A stretch of 64,000 bases of DNA from Tricharina praecox (lineage: Eukaryota): NCBI RefSeq assembly GCF_024521635.1, contig NW_026250432.1, forward strand, positions 310,001 to 374,000. Reading direction: 5' to 3'. The notes below the pieces were generated by a model that ran no database searches, was not told the origin of the DNA, and saw only the letters and a list, made by a program, of their open reading frames with translations. Shown piece after piece: positions 48,843 to 60,653 of this stretch; position 1 is the stretch's first letter; each line of letters starts with the position of its first letter. Both the position numbers and the translations under genes were made by a program.

Positions 48843-50474
48843 ATGCCATCGCGAGCCATCGACATCCCGCGCGCGGGCCAGAGCCAGGGCAAAATGATCG
48901 AGCCCTTCCAGCACCCAGCGCCCAAGCTGGTAATGGAGCCTCCGTCGATGCAGCCGTGGACGATGACGCCGCCGTCGCTGTCGCCGCTGCACATGACGCC
49001 GCCAAACATGGAGCTGCCAAACTTCAGCCCTATACAGGACCACATGCCGCTGCCGACGCTGTCCGCATCGAAGTTCATTCCCCCGCAAAGCTTCCTCACG
49101 TATAAGCACCCGCAGCCGATCTCGGTCGTTAAGTTCTGCAGGCATGATCCTACACTGCTGGTGGCCGGGAGTAGCAACTTGGATCCTGAGGAGGCACGGC
49201 CAGTGCAGGAGGAGGCTACCATCACCGTGTTTAGAGTCGAGGATGTCTCTAGGGAGGTCCGCGGCGATGACAAGATGATCGCTAGAGGCATCTACGAGGT
49301 CCGCCAGAAGATCAGACCGAGACTGTAGGCTCCTCCGCCTTTTCCCCGCCCACAAAAAGCACTGGCTAATACATATGACAGCCACGTTATGGCCACCGTC
49401 AAAACTCCCGGTGCAGTCCTTGACCTGGCCTTCTCCCCGCACGACTCGGAGCTGCTGCTCGCAACCCTCAGCACCGGGCAAATAATCGCCTACCGCACGC
49501 CGCGCGGAAAATACACCATCAAGCAGCTGAGCACCCACACAATCTCCCGCGGCAACCCGATCCACAGTATCACCTTCTCACCCAGCTCACGCACACTCGC
49601 CGCGGCCACCAGCGGGAGCGGCGCAGTATTCCTCCTCAACATCCCCTCCTCCCCGCGCTCCGACAACGCAATCACCCCTCTCGCGAAAATAACCGCCCAC
49701 ACCTCCGCCGTGCTCCACGCGGCCTTCAGCACGGACGGCAAGCGCCTGTACACGGGCGACGAATCGGGCGTTCTGAGCAGCTGGTCCATCACCAAGCCCT
49801 CGACACCAAAACAGAAATGGACGTCGTCAGATGAGCACCCGAAGGGCCTCACGGCGCTGCTCCCGTGGCCCGCGCCCTTTGCCTCCGACATAAACCAGAA
49901 GCGCCGGCTGCTGCTCACCGGTAGCTACGACGGGAACCTACGCGTGCTCGACATGTCATCGCACGTGCGCCCGCCGTACTGCCGGCAGGTGCTGGATCTC
50001 GAGGGGTGTGTCTGGCGCTTCGCGCCGCTGCCGCCGCTGCCGGTCAATGCTGAGATCGGCACGCTCGGGCCGGGCGCGTTCTGTGCGGCCAACCGCCCAG
50101 ATGTTGAGCTGGATCCGGAACAGCAGGGTGTTCTCGCGGCGAGCACCAGGGGTGGTAGTCGCGTGCTTATTCATAAACAGAAGTTTGAGGAGGTTTTCCT
50201 GCCGAGACGCGACGGGAGCGATATTGTCGATTGGACGACGAGTGATGGGGTCAAGATGGATCATGAGGGACGTGAGAAACAGTACTATTGGTATGACCTG
50301 GCGGATATTGAGGAGCATGGCGATAGCGAGGTTTATGCCGGCGATGCCGTCGCCGTGATCGATTATGATCCGCTGTTTAAGGATGCGGGCGAGCAGAGGC
50401 TGCGTAGGGGCTGGAGGCTGGTTAGTGCTAGTAGGGATGGGACTATGTGCTTCTGGCAGGTTTATGTCGAGTAG
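48843..50474 (+). CDS. WD40 protein, Dph7/Rrt2-like but divergent; exons 48843-49324, 49382-50474
   Basis: WD repeats (AHTSAVLHAAFSTDGKRLYTGD, LLLTGSYDGNLRV, LEGCVWR, LVSASRDGTMCFW); intron 49325-49381 restores the frame. Confidence 0.7.
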
Positions 50475-51768
50475 GCAGACGGAGTTTTCTCTCTGGGTTG
50501 TTATTTGGGCATTTATTTTCCGCTTCTTCTTCTTGATGTCTTTGAGCGTACTTGTATTTGTATTTGTATTTGAGCGTTGTATGTAGTTTTGGTTCCCATA
50601 ATAATGTACCTACCATGGCTTTCTTCTCTCAACTCAGCGTGAATTGTGATCAACAGAATCTAGTTTCACTCCTCTACGATACGGTAGTGTTTTTCAGCAG
50701 GTAGTTTATCCGTAAGGATACTGGTTGACCCCAATCATAGCAGAATTTCTGTTTTGTTTTGTTTCATCATCGTAGCATTCGAGCTTTGCAGATCATGGCT
50801 GTGTAAACGTCCGGTTCCACCCCACTGTCTCTAACCGCTGTGCTGAACCACCCGCACGACGTGGAGTGTTGCGATTCTCGGGCGGAACGATGGAACGACG
50901 GAACTTCATTGGTTATCACTCTACCAGTGCAGAATATGCGGGCAGATTAGTCATGTTGGTAATACGCGCGCGTCTTGGGAATCCTGTTTATTCTCATACT
51001 TGCATGTTCTTCTGATGCTTCTGCCTGGTATGTCTAGCTGGCTGTCCACTGTGGTTTTGCGAATAAGTCAAACAATCGAACACACACTCATATTCTCAAC
51101 ATGGAGGGAGAGCAGTGAGCCGAGTGCTACTCCACGCCTGGACTCTCAGCTCGAGGCTGGGTTGGTTCGACTCTTTGACGTAGAATCAATTCCCGGGAAC
51201 TTAAGGCGGAGTTCGCAGTTCCGAGTTATAGAAATGTCAAGAAACCGAACCGAGTGACAGCGGCGGCGGCGAGGGCAGCTTTCATTGCGACAATAATAAG
51301 ACTCAAGAGTACACCTCGGCTTCATCAACCCCGCTTCAACCCTGCTTGCTTTCTTCTCAAATTTTTCTCCGTCGTGTATTTCAACACTACTGATGGTGAA
51401 TAGACAAGTCACAGATGATGAAGAATCTGAAGTATCCGTCACCGTGACCGGGCGGCTGCAACTACCTCATGTGGTAATCCCGGTTGGCCGAGTCGTCGAA
51501 GGCGTCGGCTCCCCTGGACAGACAATATGGCCGAGTTAGGTCGGCTGAACCTAGCGTGAATGGAGTTGAACAACGATTACCAAACAGCCATGTCTACAAA
51601 ATAGGAACTTGCAGCTAACAATGCGGAAACAAAACATCGTATATACCATTCAATCATTACAAAATCTGCCCCGAAAAGAAAAAAAACCTCTCTCCAACCT
51701 CCCCGACACCCATAATTCACGGCACAAACACGACCAAGAACCATTCTTCCCCAGTACACACAGCGCGC

Positions 51769-52287
51769 TCAAGTAAACCCTCCGATAGCGCGAATCTCGC
51801 CCCTCTCCCTACTCAGCCTCATATTCCTGAGCGCCGCCTGCTCAGGCGTGAGATAGACGACCTCAATCTCCTGCTTGCTCGTAAACGCCTCCTTCATCCT
51901 ACGCTTCCACTTCCCTGACGTCGTCTCCTTCGCCCGTTTCGTCTCCGCTAGGGCCTTCTCCCGCGCCTGCTCCTCCTTGTTCCGCTCCAGCTCCGCGACC
52001 TCCTCCGCCGTGATGATGCCGTTGCCCTTCAGTAGGTACGCGGGGATCTGCGACGTCGGCAGCACCGTTGGTGGCACCGTGGCCCCCGCCGATGTCGTGG
52101 GCGCGTAGTTGAGGTTGAACGCCGGGTTGCGGTAGCCCGGTGGTGGTGGTGCGTCCGCGGCCGCCGCGGGGGAGGGGTCGGAGAAGGAGAAGGAGGGGTG
52201 GTGCGGTTGGTATGGCGGGAGGTCCGCCTTGTTGGCAGTGGCCCCCGTGTTGGTCTGTTCGTGTTTTGCTTCTTCGGCCTTGCCCAT
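51769..52287 (-). CDS. Hypothetical 172-aa protein with PY motifs; paralogue of 53606-53869
   Basis: ATG 52287; LPPY and PPGY motifs; C-terminal ~47 aa align with the neighbouring small ORF. Confidence 0.7.
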   Translation of the reverse strand: MGKAEEAKHEQTNTGATANKADLPPYQPHHPSFSFSDPSPAAAADAPPPPGYRNPAFNLNYAPTTSAGATVPPTVLPTSQIPAYLLKGNGIITAEEVAELERNKEEQAREKALAETKRAKETTSGKWKRRMKEAFTSKQEIEVVYLTPEQAALRNMRLSRERGEIRAIGGFT

Positions 52288-53605
52288 TACTTGTTTTTTT
52301 TTCTCTGTGGTGAAGTTGGGGAGAGGGATCAAAGCTTGGTCGTCGAGGGCGAGGTTTATATAATCCAACCTGCGCAGGGGCACCGGTGGAACATCCGCTC
52401 GCTCGCTCGCTTGAGGATGCTGCCACTACGGGTGGCTTTCATGTGCCGCACAACATGTTCGGCCTGGGGCTAATATCGAGACAGACAGACAGACAGTCGG
52501 CTGTGCCTCCGCAACGTTTTGTCGTGGGCGTGCATATATAGCATGCTACCCACTCCCGGTAGATAGCTGGTGGAACCATACGGCCAACCTTAATTGTAGC
52601 GTGAGCGCATCCGTTCGCACGGCGCAAAAACCTGTCGTTTGCGGGAGGCTCTCCGCCTTTTCGTCACACGTCATGGGTGACCGCCTGGAGGGTAGATATC
52701 GGTTGATAACTTTTATACCTCACTTCAGAGATTTCGGGAATCGTATGTACCCTACATGTGTAGCTACTTGCAGCGTCGATTGGGGCGCAGTGGTTGCATG
52801 AGACGATTATCGCCTTGCGCGTGGGTTGGTGGCCTGAATCCTGATCATATGTATGTAGCGTGGTATCATCAGGTACATGCTTGGTATCCAGTGGGAACTT
52901 GGAAGCCCATCCGCGAGTGTCAGGATCTGGCTAAAATGAAGCTTTTCGGCGCAGGGAAAAGCTCACACTCTAAGTAAGTAGAGTACTCCTCGCTTGACCA
53001 GGTAGATCATCAGCGTTCTCTCTTCAGTTTTTCCTCTTTGGGTTTAATCACCAACCGTTTGCTTCGCGGACAATCATGCGGATCACTCGATACATTGTTT
53101 GCAAGCAAGATTTTTGTGGTTGCTCATGAGAAAGACCCAAGCTATTAGGTTGCATGCAATCAATGATTAAACAAAAATATATAAATGAGAAAGACCCAAT
53201 GCGCTCTACTTGTATCGATTAGACAGACGAGGGCGGGGGGGCAAGAGAAGCCACATTGGGCCGCTTGATCTCGGTCAGGTTGGACAGTGGACACGGAAAC
53301 GGTGTGTATTGCCATGATCTCAATAGGTCACGTGCGATTGATGAGTAAAAACAAACGGAAAAAACGAGAAATACCACTCCACCGGGAAATCGCATCACTA
53401 AGAAGCCTTAATTATACAAAGCGCCGCCCCCCTTAGAGATCGTACACACATGCAGTTTACTCCAAGATTCCCCTTCCCCGCTTCCGATCGAATTATCCAG
53501 CAGAAAACCACAGCGACGCAAAAACAACCGCAAAAAGCCCCCCCAAAGGCAGAAACCAAGAAATCCAAGTAAGCTCCGCACTCTGCCTCCCACGCAACAT
53601 CCCCA

Positions 53606-53869
53606 CTACCCCCTGAAACCTTGCATAGAAAACGACCTCGCCTCTTCCCTTTCCCGCACGAGGCATGCTTCCCTCGCCTCTGCCTCGGCGACAGTGAGAT
53701 AGAGCACCTCGGCCTTGCCTGAGTTCAAGAACATCTGGCGGAGCCACCAGATCCAGGACTTTGATTCCGCGGCCTGCGTGTGCTCGGCCTTCGTCTGCGC
53801 GATGGTGTCGATGGTGTCGATGGAGCTGGTGGAGCTGGCGGCCGAGGCGGTGGTGTAGGGAGACGACAT
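53606..53869 (-). CDS. Hypothetical 87-aa protein; paralogue of 51769-52287
   Basis: ACCATG start context; shares the W..(M/L)...F......EV(V/L)YLT...A..R...L.RER.E.R...GF motif. Confidence 0.65.
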   Translation of the reverse strand: MSSPYTTASAASSTSSIDTIDTIAQTKAEHTQAAESKSWIWWLRQMFLNSGKAEVLYLTVAEAEAREACLVREREEARSFSMQGFRG

Positions 53870-55478
53870 GGTGGTTCGGTCCGGCGGTTGGGGCTAGCTA
53901 GCGGGTTCGTGGGGTGGTTCAAGCTCGATGCTTGTTTTGGGTTGAGTTGTATGGAGTAAGATGTAAGATGTAAGTATCGAAGTCTATGTGACCAGGTGGA
54001 AAGTGTAAAGTGTGATAGATATGTGTTTGGGCAGCCTGATGCTCGTAACCTTCCGTGTGATTGTGAATGTCGCGAACAAAGAGCTGCAACATCGGTGCCA
54101 ACAAGCCAACACGCTCTCCCTTATATGCTTGCTCCAGTAGCCGCAGTCGAACGAACGGAGCAATCTCCGGACGTCAGGCGGGGAAACCGGATTTACTTTG
54201 GGGCTTGTACTCCCCGCATGGCCACGAGGCTGGCAGAGCGGATCGCCCACGTCACGGGCGGAGCTGAGGTGTTTGCGCTCTCCAAAAGGAGAATGTACAT
54301 ACACAGGACCATTTACTCTACAATTCTGCAACAGCATGATTGGTGGTGAGATGTAGCCAAGTTTAGTGTGGCTGTGTTCCACCGCCGTGTCGTGTCCCGT
54401 CGCCTTGCGCAGCGAGGAGAGATGGGGTATGTGCAGCCACGATGAGTCGGGCTTCTAGATGCCTCGAGTCCTTTTGGGTAATCATTGGGTGGCCTCCGTA
54501 TCTACTTAATATATTCTTCTTTGAACTCGAGCACGAATTCTCATCGTGAGTCATAGTGCCACTCGAGTGAGATTTTATGGACAGGCGCGAGTCACTTTAG
54601 TAATCTTAATCGCGGCTATTCTGTCTGTGTTTGCTCTTTTCCCGTGTCCTTTCCTTGGGAGCTGCTTACTCTTTTCGTGCTCGGTCAGCGGGCGGGGGGA
54701 GTACTATGTAGTAGGTAAGGTCACTCCGAACGCCAGCACAATGGGGGGCTGTGGGACGGAGCCGTCCCGCGCAGGTTCTCTAGAGGACCGGTCCGTCCAG
54801 TCCGGATACCCTACAGGTACATACAAGGTAGGCATTTGATGATCTTAGCGTGACGAGGGTTCTATTTTCTCGCGGCCCGAAGGCTATTTCGCAATATGTA
54901 GGACAGTAGGAACCGAATCTTCGCCGCGTCGAGCGGAATTTCCGCTGCTGGGAAATCCCATTATCCGCTATATACATATGTAGATGGAGAACATGCTTAT
55001 GTAGAGACGTGGAATAGTGAGGGGCGGACATGCAAATATAAGGCAAGGTTATGGCGGAGTTTGTCCGTCGCGGAGGCATCCATCACTTTATAATTTTCGA
55101 ATTCATATTTCCAGCACGGAAAAAACCCCGCGTGGTCCAGTGGTCTAGGCCATGCGTTTGGCGAGGTGAGTTGAGGGGAGGTTTTGGGCTCAACCTGGAT
55201 GACAGACCTTTGTATTCAGCTTTTGGGGTTTCCAAGCCACCCGGCGGGGGTGGTGATGGTTTTTGTTTTTGTTTTTGGCGTGAACAGAGGGTGCACTAGC
55301 TAGATATCACTTGGTAGTTTCACGTGATACGCCTTTACGCGGCCGGCTGTAGAGGCGAGAATTCATTTTCTCTGCGTCCTGTTCAGGTAATAATCTGTAT
55401 TCAAGTGTCAAAGAAGCGGAACCAAGACGTTACCTCTGATGTGAGTTACTACGGTATCATGTTTAGAACAAATACCTG

Positions 55479-55594
55479 GGTGGATATAGGAAGATATGGG
55501 TGGATATGGGCGGAAATGGATTGATATTGGATTTATGGATTGATATAGTATTATATGGGCGGATATGGATTGATATGGGAGGATATGGGTGGAT
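55479..55594. repeat. Degenerate ~10-bp minisatellite (TGGATATGGG-like)
   Basis: About 11 consecutive imperfect GATAT-cored units. Confidence 0.75.
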
Positions 55595-56794
55595 GGTAGG
55601 CGGGTGTGGTGCTAAAAATTATCCGGTAATAAGTGGGGTAGAAAAAGAATGCAGCCGAGATAGGTATTGCAAATTACCTAGTGTGGCTGGTGAGGGCATC
55701 GTGTACGAGTAACGTGAAGGGTAGATACTGGATCACATTTGAGCACCACGGCGGGATTCTGTACCTTTGCTCGATTTCATGGCTGAGCATTCGGACAGGT
55801 TGAGTGGCACTAGCAGGGTGGCTATGCGAATACCCATGAAACCATCTAGATAGTAGTTTGAGTCATGCTCCGTCAGCTATCAGTGATTCAGTTTGGCTAA
55901 TCATCTTATCTGTTTCGCTCCCTATGGGAGGTGTGCGCACTCACGTACCGAGGCAGTAGTTACCTATCGTACACACCAAGTAATGAGAAACAGCGCCTCG
56001 GATGTGGTTTTTCTTAGCTGTACCGAATCATTTCCATGTTGAACAATGTAGATATATCATTTATGAACGGCCGTCCAAAAGATGGCAGGGATATGCAGGC
56101 ACTCACAGCTAGGCACCAGCCATACGGTACAGCCCTACAACTGGGTGGACTACTCTACTACATAGGTGGGTCTTTAATCCGGTTCCTCCCTGTGGCGAAC
56201 CATGTGTCTCGTCCTGATGACTAGCAAGGGTGCGCCGTAGTCTACCGGTAGATAGGCTCGGTGCGAGAATAGCCTTGAAACCAACCGACCAACCGCGACA
56301 TCTGGAGTGTGGCAATATGTCACCTTGACGTGCCTAGGTATGGTTCATAAAAGTTGGGCAACTGTCATCTCGCTAGGAAACACCATGAACCTGAGGCTGA
56401 TTGCAGAGCGCGCGTGAGCGGATACGCCCCTACAACCATTCATACATACCATCTGGCCAGTGTGTGCCCGGTGTATAGTATTGGAGGTTTCATCGACGCG
56501 TGCCCCGCTTAGGTTGGCCCGGTCGGGGGTGATCCGCACGTATGTGCCGAGCATTCATTAGGTACCTGCCCTTCAACAGCTCGCGGAGTCTTATCGTCCG
56601 GAGTTGCTATTCAGACTCTTCGTTGATTGATCTACTCAAACAGCTGACGAGTGTCGGTTGATGTGAGTTGTTACGCGCCATTCATCCTGAGCGGTTTGTG
56701 TGTTACCCGCATGGGTCCGAGGTGAGCATCGCCTCTCATCGCAACATGTTCCCTCACCACAGGTTCACTCACAACAACACACAATCACTCTGCA

Positions 56795-56874
56795 AGCCGC
56801 GCACTTGCACCCAGATCAACTCCCTGAGCCGCGCACTTGCACCCAGATCAACTCCCTGAGCCGCGCACTTGCAC
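56795..56874. repeat. Perfect 32-bp tandem repeat, 2.5 copies (AGCCGCGCACTTGCACCCAGATCAACTCCCTG)
   Basis: Units at 56795-56826 and 56827-56858, partial 56859-56874; no spacers. Confidence 0.92.
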
Positions 56875-57071
56875 TTCGAATCAACAGCACCCCCCCGCGG
56901 AGCCGTACGGACGAGAGACCCACGCTGCCTAAGTGCGGACTCACGGCGAGATTATAACCCCGAGACTTCCCTCCTGGAATTCCGTCAAGTACTGCCGCAT
57001 ACAAAGTTGCGCGATAGCCTTGAATTCACCACCATCACTGCCTTGCACGATCTGGATAAACGGTGCCCACG

Positions 57072-60000
57072 ATGCACGAACCTCAACCGGATGCCATACC
57101 CAAACCCCAAGCGGATGCCATGCCCGACCCCCAGCCCGATGCCAAAGACTGCCGCTCCACACTCATAAAGAAAAAACTTGACGACAAGAGAAAGGCTATG
57201 TTGACGCAGGCAGGGCATGTTAAGTCCGTGCCACGCTATGAGCCCATCTTCTTCCCAGAAGATCTGATCAAGGACGTTTTGAGCCGGAAAACGGTCAAAT
57301 GGCTTCTGGAATGCGATTGCAGTTGGTGCGAGAAGCACACTAAATATCTATCGCCGCAAATCCACGGGGAGAAGCGGACCGACTACCTCGGATGCATTAT
57401 GGCAGATGCCCTGAAACTGTATGCTCTGCTAGTTTTCATTGAACACCCTGCTATCATTGGCGGCTTCGTGTCCAAGGGCAAATACGATAATATCCTGAAC
57501 GATAAACTTACCCCGGACAATCTGAAAGAAACCCATCTGACAGGAATTGTGTCGGCAACTCGACAGAGAACCAGCGAGATGGAGGATCTTCTCGATTCCT
57601 TTCTGAAAAAAAAGCATTGGTTCTCTCCGCAGTTCTTCAAAGGCCCCTGGTTCGAGGAATTGGATTCGGAGAAGGTTCTGCCTTTCATCAATATCACGTA
57701 CATCGGAGAAGGCGCCTTCGGCAAGGTCTATTCTTTCCAGATCTATCCAGCCTACAAGGGACCAGAATATGGAGATTCGGTGAGCGCTCATGTATCTAAA
57801 TATTTTCACTTATGCATTAAAGTGCTGACATGACACTGGTACAGACAAAGTTCGCGATGAAGGAAGTGTACGCGCCTACAAATACCTGTGGCGCGAATTC
57901 TGCGACGGACAATCCAGAAGTCGATAAGGTGAATTCCGAGGCGAAAAATCTTTTGAAGATTCGCAACGAGCTCGGTGACGAGGAACACATCATCAAGGTG
58001 CTGAAAATATTCCGTCACGGCGAAAATATATGCTTCATATTCCCACTGGCAATTGGAAACCTTGCAAAACTCATGGAGGAGCCTTGGATGCATCTTTCTA
58101 TTCCTGGACATCCGATTTGCCAGCACTCCATCTGGAATGAAGTCCTTGGCATGATGATGGCTCTCGGCAGGTTTCACAACCCACCAAATAAAAACAGTTG
58201 GAGCGGTGTTCATGCAGACATTAAGCGTACATACTACCACTCTGTCACGCCGCAGACAGTCCCTTTTAGATCTCTGGCTGACATGCATCGCACAGCTACG
58301 AATATCCTGGTATTCGAGGACGGCAGATTGGTTATAACCGATTTTGGCCAGTCTTCGATCATGCAAAAGAGAAGTTCTGGTGGGACCAGAAGGGTTAATC
58401 AAACGCCTGGAGAGCAAACATACCGCCCCCCTGAAAACTCCGGCGATACAGACATGGGGCTTGAATATGACTACTGGGCGATCGGCTGCGTTCTCCTGGA
58501 GATTCTTGTGTTTGTGGTCACAGGGACTCAAGGAATTCGGGAGCTGCTCGAAGCAAGAGGGCGCAGAACTTACAGAACCGACTATTACTATCAAGTGGAG
58601 GATGACAAGCGTTTTCTCCATCCTGCGGTTGAAGAAATAATGACACGATTGGAGGAGGGAATGAAGGACCGGCGGTTGGATAGTGGGTTTACGGATGCCG
58701 TTGTGGGTATTGTGAAATCCATGTTGAAGGTGGATCCCAAAAAGCGCCTAGACGTGGTTACAGCGGCAAGAAGGTTAAAGTATAACCTTAAATATTGGAG
58801 GCGCCGAGCAAGTGAAGTTAACCCAGTGAGCTCTTGTGGGGGTAGCTTTACTATACTCAATGTCTCAGATGCTGCCTCCGAAACCGCCTCAAGCGAGGAA
58901 TCGACTACCACAACGGTCGACGCGGAATCCGAGATCAACACTAGTAGGATTGACGACAACGAAAGTCCTTCGATCTCTCAATCCCCAGGTGACACTCTGG
59001 GTAGCAGCTCGCACCCTGAGCACCCTCCCTCAAACCGGGGAGGGGAAATCGCAGCAGGTTCCTCCGACGGTACATCTTCAAGTAGCATCTCGCGAAGACT
59101 TCGTACCATCCCTCAGCCTATCCCAGCTTCAGCCGGCGAGCCCCGCCGGCAGACACCCGACCTCATATCGGTCGACACCCGATCTTTGAGAGACATTCCC
59201 GTGCAACAATTGCCGCCAACATTTGCCCGCACGCGTCCCGCATCAAGCCCGCGGGCTCCTTCGCAGTCCTCGAGTTCGTCCAGCCTGCCTCACCCCATCG
59301 CTGAACGGACAAGTGGTCAATCGATCAGTACATCCATATCCAGTAGTGTGGAGAAGCCCAGGCCGTCTATCGATGGACCGAAGCTTTATGAAAGCGATGG
59401 TGAGATCAACTGGCATCGAGACGAGTCCGATTTGGATGGGAACCCAAGGGAAAGTTACCGACACAAGGTGTGCGTTATGGCTGGAATGGCCCATGGAGGA
59501 CAGCCGAAGATAAAAATGCTCGATAGTGGAGGTGCCATGTATCGAGACTTCTGTGCGTTAAGAGTAGTAGTTGATGCATTTTTCGAATACTAATCTTTTA
59601 CAGTGCTGGGATCGAACCCTGTCATTTTCCCGATATACGCCTTTAAACGGCCCCAGGATGGGGAAAACAGGGAATACCTACTAAAAGTCAACCATGTATC
59701 TTTTGAGTTTCCAGTTGAAAAGGGTCAGTCCACTGCACCATAGCCCTCTTGCATATCTTTTTGCAGAACCGCTGACCGACCAAGCTGTCTATCATCTCCA
59801 GCAGGTCTTGACGGAGCAGAAGATCCATGTCAGGTTAGTCATGTGGCATGGGCCACGTCGGTGGCGAACACACAGTGCTGACCATAAAACGTGAAAGCTT
59901 ACGAGCCACTGTTACGCTCAAAAAGAAAGTAAAACTTTTCCGCTACTCCCCATATCCGTTGGAACAATGCCTTGTGCAACTATGGACCGAAGTCGGGGAG

Positions 60001-60546
60001 TCGATACGCAATCAAGAGGTTATGGCACAAAGCAATGCACCACCGGAATTCGTTAGCCGTTTAGTCTGTTTCAGCACCACCAACACTGACGGAAATGTTT
60101 CATACCATATCTCTTCTATTCCCCGTGAGTGTCCACTTGTTATTCCTTCTCATGAAATATGCTAAATCCCCATTCCCCCAGTGATAAACGGCGAAAATAT
60201 TCTTGAAATGCAGAGTGATACGGTTAATTTCTGCATCAAGATAAGCCGCCGGGAACAGGCCAAAATTGTGGGTTACAAAATGACGGCGTGTGTTACGGAG
60301 CGTCCTCCTGGGATAAGTTTTAAGAAGGAAATGTTCCAAAAACATGAATCCAAGAATAACGAGGAAATATACGCGAATATCCAATTGAAGTTCAAGAATA
60401 TCGAGGGTAAGCAGGTTATGAGCCTAGCATTTACCCACCGAGATGGGCCTGTCTATATGTATAACTAACTAACTCTCTAATGACTGTTGCTAGATTTAAA
60501 CAGTTTCAAGAACTGTTACGATGGACTGAAGAAAGCGGCGCGGTGA
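57072..60546 (+). CDS. Fungal non-RD Ser/Thr kinase (~1006 aa) with Ser-rich linker and unknown C-terminal domain; exons 57072-57779, 57845-58226, 58296-59552, 59604-59723, 59785-59833, 59898-60124, 60182-60406, 60494-60546
   Basis: IGEGAFGKVY, FAMK, HADIKPTNILV (after splicing), ITDFG, YRPPE, DYWAIGCVLLE; seven GT-AG introns give one open frame; 3' exon limits are less certain (alternative acceptor at 59766). Confidence 0.82.
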
Positions 60547-60653
60547 TGTAAAATAATAATAATAAGAAACATTGAGGGGGGCGGGGGAGTTGATGTATAT
60601 ATACGGGTATTCAGAGCTGTGAAAAGACATCATCAGCATCATCATCATCATCA

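Noticed and set aside
53950..56700. Scattered short ORFs as transposon relics or extra cluster genes
   Set aside because: No transposase, reverse transcriptase or other motif recognised, and no consistent splice model found.
56795..56874. 32-bp repeats as a CRISPR array
   Set aside because: Units are contiguous with no spacers, no cas genes are present, and the DNA is eukaryotic.
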